This document shows positions 27,089 to 32,000 of a stretch of 32,000 bases of DNA, piece by piece. Source of the DNA: an uncultured Fibrobacterota bacterium (GTDB lineage Bacteria > Fibrobacterota > Fibrobacteria > Fibrobacterales > Fibrobacteraceae); contig CAIRAY010000093.1 in the NCBI GenBank assembly GCA_903876665.1, positions 5,685-37,684 of the forward strand. The letters run 5' to 3'. The notes under the pieces were generated by a model, which saw only the letters and a list, made by a program, of their open reading frames with translations, made no database searches and had not been told where the DNA came from. The translations under genes and the position numbers were made by a program. Position 1 is the stretch's first letter. Each line of letters starts with the position of its first letter.

Positions 27089-28846
27089 ATGGAACTGTTT
27101 AATCTTTTCTCTTTTTGTTTCGTTGCACTGCTGATTTTTCTTGCAGTTGCAATTCGCTTTGCTTTGACTCCTGCGCAATTGGAGAAATGGGCGCTACCCC
27201 AAGGGAGTCGCACCCAGCGGGCGATTCAATGGGTTAGTTCGATGGCTAGGCCCGAGGGGGCGCATCCTCGCCTGTATTGGGTCTTATTTACCGTTGCCAT
27301 TCTTGTCGCTACCGGGCTACGGGTTTACCAATTCGGAGGTGTGCCTGCTGGATTCAATCAAGATGGCGCCATGGCCGCGGTGGATGCCAAGGCACTTTCG
27401 GACTACGGGACTGATCGCTTTGGCATGAAATTCCCCGTTCAATTTACCGCATGGGGCTATGGCCAGATGAGCGTGTTGCTCTCCTATGCCATGGTTCCGT
27501 TCATAAAGGTCTTTGGCCTTACTGCGATCACCGCCCGGCTGCCCATGCTGTTTGCCAGTTTACTTGGATTAGTTGCGTTGTTTTTTCTGATCAAGGATTT
27601 GGCTGGACGGCGTGCGGCTTTGGTTTTGTTGTTTTTTGCGGCCATTAACCCTTGGCATATTATGCAAAGTCGTTGGGCCCTGGATTGCAATATGTTTCCT
27701 CACATGCTCCTCATCGGTCTGTTTTTACTGAATCGGATGAATCGGAGCCCTGGGTATTTATATGCATCCATGATTTTCTTTGCGCTATGCATGTACAGCT
27801 ATGGCATCGCCTTTGTAACCATTCCACTTTTTCTGCTTGCGACGCTCGTTCTTCTTCTTTTCAAGCGAATGGCGTCCTGGAGGCAGCTATTGATTGCCAG
27901 TGCAGTATACATTGGACTCTCCTGGCCCGTTTGGCTCGTCATGGTGATTAACACGTTAAAGCTTTCAACTGTTCAGACGCCCTTCTTCACTGCGGCATTT
28001 TTTGAAAACAGCGTCCGTTCCAAAGACCTGCTATTTTTTGCCGATGATTTTTGGAGTCAGCTGTTAATCAATGTTCAGTCGCTTTTGAATGTGGTCTTTT
28101 TGCAACGCCCTGATCTTCCCTGGAATGCCCTGGATAACTACGGAACGATCTATCTCTGTTCCATGCCCTTTGTTTGGGTGGGCTTGTTGTGGTCCATAAA
28201 AGAAATCATGACCTCTGCAAACAAGCAAAAACAATTCGCCTATTCGATTCTGATGTTCGGATTCCTTACTGGCATTTGGGCCGGATTAGTGGTTGCATCT
28301 GTGAATGTGAACCGAATCAACATCATTTTCTATGTGATGATCATTCTGGGGGGCTTGGGCATTTACCAAACCATACGTTGGTTCCGTTGCAGCAAATATT
28401 TGATCGCGGTCCTTTATGCCATTTTATTGGTTCAGTTCTCCTCGCACTATTTTGGAGATTACGCAGACCAAATTGGGGAATACTATTTCGAAGATTTTGG
28501 AAAGGCATTGAACTATGTCGAAGATAAGCCCTTTGAATCCATCTATGTTACCGTGAACAGCCAGTACGAGGGATCAAAAAATGTCAGTGAAATTTTGACT
28601 CTGTTCCATCATGGAATCGATGCGCAATATTTTCAGGGCGTTACCAACCAAGTGGAGGGGAAAACCCTTCGACCATACTCCGAAAAATATCGGTACGCAT
28701 CCATGCGTGATCTGGTCATTAATCCTTCCGAGCAGGCGGTGTATGTGGTAAATAGCAATGAGGTCCAATACTTCGATCCCGCCGTTTTCCACATCGAACA
28801 GTTTCCAAGATTCAGCGCAGTCATTCCCCGAAACATGCAGAACTAA
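27089..28846 (+). CDS. Polytopic glycosyltransferase, GT39/ArnT-like
   Basis: Many TM segments; FNQDGAMAAVDAKALSDYGTDRFG and a loop-rich RLPMLFASLLGLVALFFLIKDLAG pattern typical of PMT-2/ArnT-like proteins. Confidence 0.78.
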   Translation: MELFNLFSFCFVALLIFLAVAIRFALTPAQLEKWALPQGSRTQRAIQWVSSMARPEGAHPRLYWVLFTVAILVATGLRVYQFGGVPAGFNQDGAMAAVDAKALSDYGTDRFGMKFPVQFTAWGYGQMSVLLSYAMVPFIKVFGLTAITARLPMLFASLLGLVALFFLIKDLAGRRAALVLLFFAAINPWHIMQSRWALDCNMFPHMLLIGLFLLNRMNRSPGYLYASMIFFALCMYSYGIAFVTIPLFLLATLVLLLFKRMASWRQLLIASAVYIGLSWPVWLVMVINTLKLSTVQTPFFTAAFFENSVRSKDLLFFADDFWSQLLINVQSLLNVVFLQRPDLPWNALDNYGTIYLCSMPFVWVGLLWSIKEIMTSANKQKQFAYSILMFGFLTGIWAGLVVASVNVNRINIIFYVMIILGGLGIYQTIRWFRCSKYLIAVLYAILLVQFSSHYFGDYADQIGEYYFEDFGKALNYVEDKPFESIYVTVNSQYEGSKNVSEILTLFHHGIDAQYFQGVTNQVEGKTLRPYSEKYRYASMRDLVINPSEQAVYVVNSNEVQYFDPAVFHIEQFPRFSAVIPRNMQN

Positions 28847-28860
28847 GGGTTCGCTAGGCT

Positions 28861-31044
28861 CTATTCTTGTGCCTGGAATTGAGGCTCAAGCCAGTCAGCG
28901 TGGTCATAATTTATGGATCCGAGGCCATCGATCACCAGCGCTAACTTGCCTTCACCCTGTAATGGAATCCGGGTAAACCCGGTAGGTGATCCATGGCGAA
29001 TGGTGTCGCTTTTCCAGGCCTGCACGCCGTCCAGTTCGATGCGGAATTGCACTTCACCACCCGGAGATTCATCGTCAATTCCAAAATTCACCGCGAAAGA
29101 TTTTGCCGTGTCGGGTATGCTGAATTCCATGCGAGAATTAGCATGCGCACCCCAGCCCAGGTCCCACATTTTTCCGTTGACCGAGAGAGGATTTCCATCG
29201 ACCGAAGAGTTCATTGCGGGTTGTTTGTAATCCTGCGAAGAAAGGGTTGGATTCCTTAAGCTTGAATCCAGTTTTCGGACTGTTTTGTCGAGGATGATCA
29301 CGGGCTGCAGCCAGTCGGCATGATCATAGGAGTCGGGTCCCAGGGTTCTCGTTTCTAGGGTGAGGATTCTTCCGTGTGCGACAGAAACCATGGCGAGCTG
29401 GTATTCTTCCCCGCCATTCGCGGGTTCGCTCGTCCACTTTTGCACGCCATCGACCCAAATGATAAATTCAACTTTTCCCTGCTTGGCCTCGTCGTCAATG
29501 CCTATCATTACATACAAACTATCAGAATTCATGGGCAGAGGAAATGAGAAGGAAGAGGGTGCGTGGGTTCCGATGCCATCTTTAAACACTCTCCCATTTA
29601 CCTGAAGAGGCTGATTGTCATAGGAACGGTTGATATTGAACTTCCTAGATTCCGGTTGCATATTCAAGGGAGGAATCGAAGTCAGCAACAGTTGGTTTTC
29701 GCCCAAGTTAAGCTCGAAAGATGGGGGAGGAATGGCCTGATAAATAAGCATGCCGCTCAGAGAAAGAATCAGAATCCCTTCTGGAAGCCATATTGGAGCA
29801 GGAAGAGCTACAAATGCCTGGCGAATCCGGCGCAAAAATCCGCCCCCCAGCACTTCTTTTCCGACCATTAGAAAAAAGACAACGACTCCGAAAAGGGATA
29901 ATGGCATCCAAAGCCACTCACCATTGAGTCCATTGACCTGAGCGATATTCAGTGCGCATACCAGGGTAATCACCAAAAAAAGGAAACCCCGCCGAATGTC
30001 CGTTGCCCAAGCGAGAACAACGAAAGGAACTGCGGGGAGAAGGTACCGCTCATGCATGCCTGGCAAGAGAATGAAAAAGGCGAATAAAATCAGAGCCGAC
30101 CATTTCCATGCTTGACGGGGCTTACGCACTCTCCAAGATTTCCAAAAAGTAAAAAGCGAGAACAGCGAAAACGCCACCATCCCAAGTCCCTTGGGGGTTA
30201 GGATGAATTGCCAGGTTTCGGTGGCTTCCTTTGTTCCTTGAAATAGCAATTGGTTGTCAGGGGCTACATTGCCTACAAGGGACATCCAGATATTGGCGGC
30301 ATTGTAGGTCGCATAAGGGTACATGGATGTATTATTTAGATATGCCTTGTCTATTAGGCCGGAAACCGAATCGAAAAGAATCCAGGGCAGAACAATTAAG
30401 GCGCCAACCGCTATGCCAATCGGCAACGCTCGGAGCAACCATCTCCAGCGATATAGCGCTAACCCTGCATACACGGGTAAAATGGCAATCATCTGGAATT
30501 TGCATAATAGGGCAAGAACAAGAAATGCGGGGCTCCAGAGAGTCAGGGCGGAACGCCGGGCTAGGCCTGCAATCGCTAAAACAGCAAATACTGCCGGGAC
30601 GATATCGACCTGGCCCCATACCGGGCCATCCAGCAATAATGCGGGATTCAGTGCGCAAAGACCCAAAATCCAGCCTTGCCGTTCCTGAGTCCAGGGGCGA
30701 CGTTTCACCTCGCTCCAGACCAGTCGCAAAAGGATCAGATGGGAAAAGAATACTGGCCAAAGAACCAGAAATTTGAGGGTGTAATCCTTGGCGAGCGGCA
30801 TCCCGGTCCAAGAATATATCTTTCCCACAACCCAGAGCCATTCTACATAGAACGGTGGGTAATTCCCTGAGAATCCCTGAAATCCAAAGTCTTTTAAATA
30901 GGTGACCCAGCCAAACCAATACCCCTGGTCTCCGTCATAGGGGGAGGCCAGAGTGCAAACCAAGTTGGCAATTATGGCCAGGATGGCATAGAAGACAAAA
31001 GGTCGGTTGTCTTTGGATTGCATAGGGTTCCCGAGAGGTTTCAT
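28861..31044 (-). CDS. Polytopic glycosyltransferase-like membrane protein with two C-terminal NPCBM-like domains
   Basis: N-terminal ~450 aa polytopic (GDQGYWFGWVTYLKDFGFQGFSGNYPPFYVEWLWV...). C-terminal repeats VNGRVFKDGIGTHAPSSF...DSYDHADWLQP and VNGKMWDLGWGAHANSRMEF...NYDHADWLEP. Confidence 0.8.
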   Translation of the reverse strand: MKPLGNPMQSKDNRPFVFYAILAIIANLVCTLASPYDGDQGYWFGWVTYLKDFGFQGFSGNYPPFYVEWLWVVGKIYSWTGMPLAKDYTLKFLVLWPVFFSHLILLRLVWSEVKRRPWTQERQGWILGLCALNPALLLDGPVWGQVDIVPAVFAVLAIAGLARRSALTLWSPAFLVLALLCKFQMIAILPVYAGLALYRWRWLLRALPIGIAVGALIVLPWILFDSVSGLIDKAYLNNTSMYPYATYNAANIWMSLVGNVAPDNQLLFQGTKEATETWQFILTPKGLGMVAFSLFSLFTFWKSWRVRKPRQAWKWSALILFAFFILLPGMHERYLLPAVPFVVLAWATDIRRGFLFLVITLVCALNIAQVNGLNGEWLWMPLSLFGVVVFFLMVGKEVLGGGFLRRIRQAFVALPAPIWLPEGILILSLSGMLIYQAIPPPSFELNLGENQLLLTSIPPLNMQPESRKFNINRSYDNQPLQVNGRVFKDGIGTHAPSSFSFPLPMNSDSLYVMIGIDDEAKQGKVEFIIWVDGVQKWTSEPANGGEEYQLAMVSVAHGRILTLETRTLGPDSYDHADWLQPVIILDKTVRKLDSSLRNPTLSSQDYKQPAMNSSVDGNPLSVNGKMWDLGWGAHANSRMEFSIPDTAKSFAVNFGIDDESPGGEVQFRIELDGVQAWKSDTIRHGSPTGFTRIPLQGEGKLALVIDGLGSINYDHADWLEPQFQAQE

Positions 31045-31103
31045 TAAATGGGTGGCAAAATATACAATCTACCCCAAAAGGTATGTTGGCATTTCCTTCC
31101 TAG

Positions 31104-31955
31104 TCACCGCAATGCCAAGGCACAGCTCACCAAAATAACCATTCCACCTAGCAAACTCACCGGAGGCAAAGCCTCGTGCATGAAAAACATGGCGACAAAA
31201 GCGTTGAGAACTGGCGAGAGCAATCCCAAGGTGGAGGCGCTGGAAACATTCAAAAACCGGTAGCCTTGAGTCATCAGCATTTGGCCAGCCGTTCCCAAAA
31301 GTCCTACCGCACCCAAATACCCCCACTCCAACATTCCGTAGGAAGAAATTGGATAATAGATGACAAAAGGGAACATACAAATGACTCCCGACAAACTAAA
31401 GACCAGGAAAATGGAAGGGGTGTTGTCCGTGCGGTGCAATTTCCCAATGGCGGTGACCGCGAACCCTGCTGCCACGGCCCCTAGCAATCCCGCCGCTTCC
31501 CAAATGCCAAAATCCGTTCCAGCCCCTTGGGCTAGTTTTGGTTGCAAAAGCAGTCCCAGACCCACTACTGCAAAGGCCAATGCCATCCAGCGGAAGCGGC
31601 TCATGCGTTGGTCCAGAATGAACACCGCAAATATGGTGGCAAATATGGGGTAGCTATACTGCAAAAAGGAACTGACTCCGATTCCAATTTTATAGATGGT
31701 CCAGAAGTACAAAGCTGTAGCAATGACTCCAATTCCGCCCCGCGCAAGCAACCAAGGCACGTTGTTGAAGCGCACCTGAAAAACTCCCGCCCGCATTAAG
31801 ATTAAGACCAACAGGGCTCCGGTCAAAAAACGAGTAAAGGCCAAATGCCAAGGATTAACGGTCTGAGCCAGGCGGATGACAATGGCCATTCCGCTGAAGG
31901 CCACCGCCGATCCGAAGATCAGGGCCAGGCCTCGCCATTTATTTTCGGATGTCAT
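31104..31955 (-). CDS. DMT superfamily transporter (EamA domain)
   Basis: 283 aa with ~10 TM segments; ALIFGSAVAFSGMAIVIRLAQTVNPWHLAFTRFLTGALLVL and LLSPVLNAFVAMFFMHEALPPVSLLGGMVILVS. Confidence 0.88.
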   Translation of the reverse strand: MTSENKWRGLALIFGSAVAFSGMAIVIRLAQTVNPWHLAFTRFLTGALLVLILMRAGVFQVRFNNVPWLLARGGIGVIATALYFWTIYKIGIGVSSFLQYSYPIFATIFAVFILDQRMSRFRWMALAFAVVGLGLLLQPKLAQGAGTDFGIWEAAGLLGAVAAGFAVTAIGKLHRTDNTPSIFLVFSLSGVICMFPFVIYYPISSYGMLEWGYLGAVGLLGTAGQMLMTQGYRFLNVSSASTLGLLSPVLNAFVAMFFMHEALPPVSLLGGMVILVSCALALR

Positions 31956-32000
31956 TTTCCAAACATGCCAGTCCGGGCGCGCTGTTCCAGGAACAGGTCC

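Noticed and set aside
31048-31484. Small plus-strand ORFs (31048-31263, 31176-31484) over the EamA transporter
   Set aside because: Antisense to a well-supported transporter gene; the sequences have no recognisable features.

Overview
This window looks like an ordinary chromosomal segment from a GC-moderate, flagellated, Fibrobacterota-like (FCB-group) bacterium; the lineage is inferred from gene content only. From left to right it contains: the 3' end of a tRNA-Leu(CAG) with a terminator; a lipoprotein plus a small cytoplasmic protein; a GltB/FMN-domain glutamate synthase-like gene divergent from an NrpR-like (HTH + DUF128-type) regulator; malQ; a membrane protein and ksgA; a tandemly repeated non-coding element; a 2298-aa SprA-type T9SS outer-membrane translocon gene; a flagellar operon (flgB-flgC-orf104-fliE-fliF-fliG-fliH-fliI, minus strand); a DUF2164-like gene; a LOG-family gene with a protein kinase gene; and an envelope-glycan cluster (methyltransferase, GtrA, GT2, two polytopic glycosyltransferases, one with tandem NPCBM-like domains), followed by an EamA transporter. 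I see no CRISPR array, transposase, phage module or recognisable defence system. The observations most worth follow-up are: the NrpR-like regulator with two exact GGAAAAACTACC repeats 60 bp apart; the promoter plus 16-bp palindrome in front of LOG-kinase; the TIR-bounded small repeats at 8.26-8.63 kb and 20.60-20.80 kb; the uncharacterised orf104 between flgC and fliE; and the glycosyltransferase-NPCBM fusion. No clearly new multi-gene system can be demonstrated from sequence alone.
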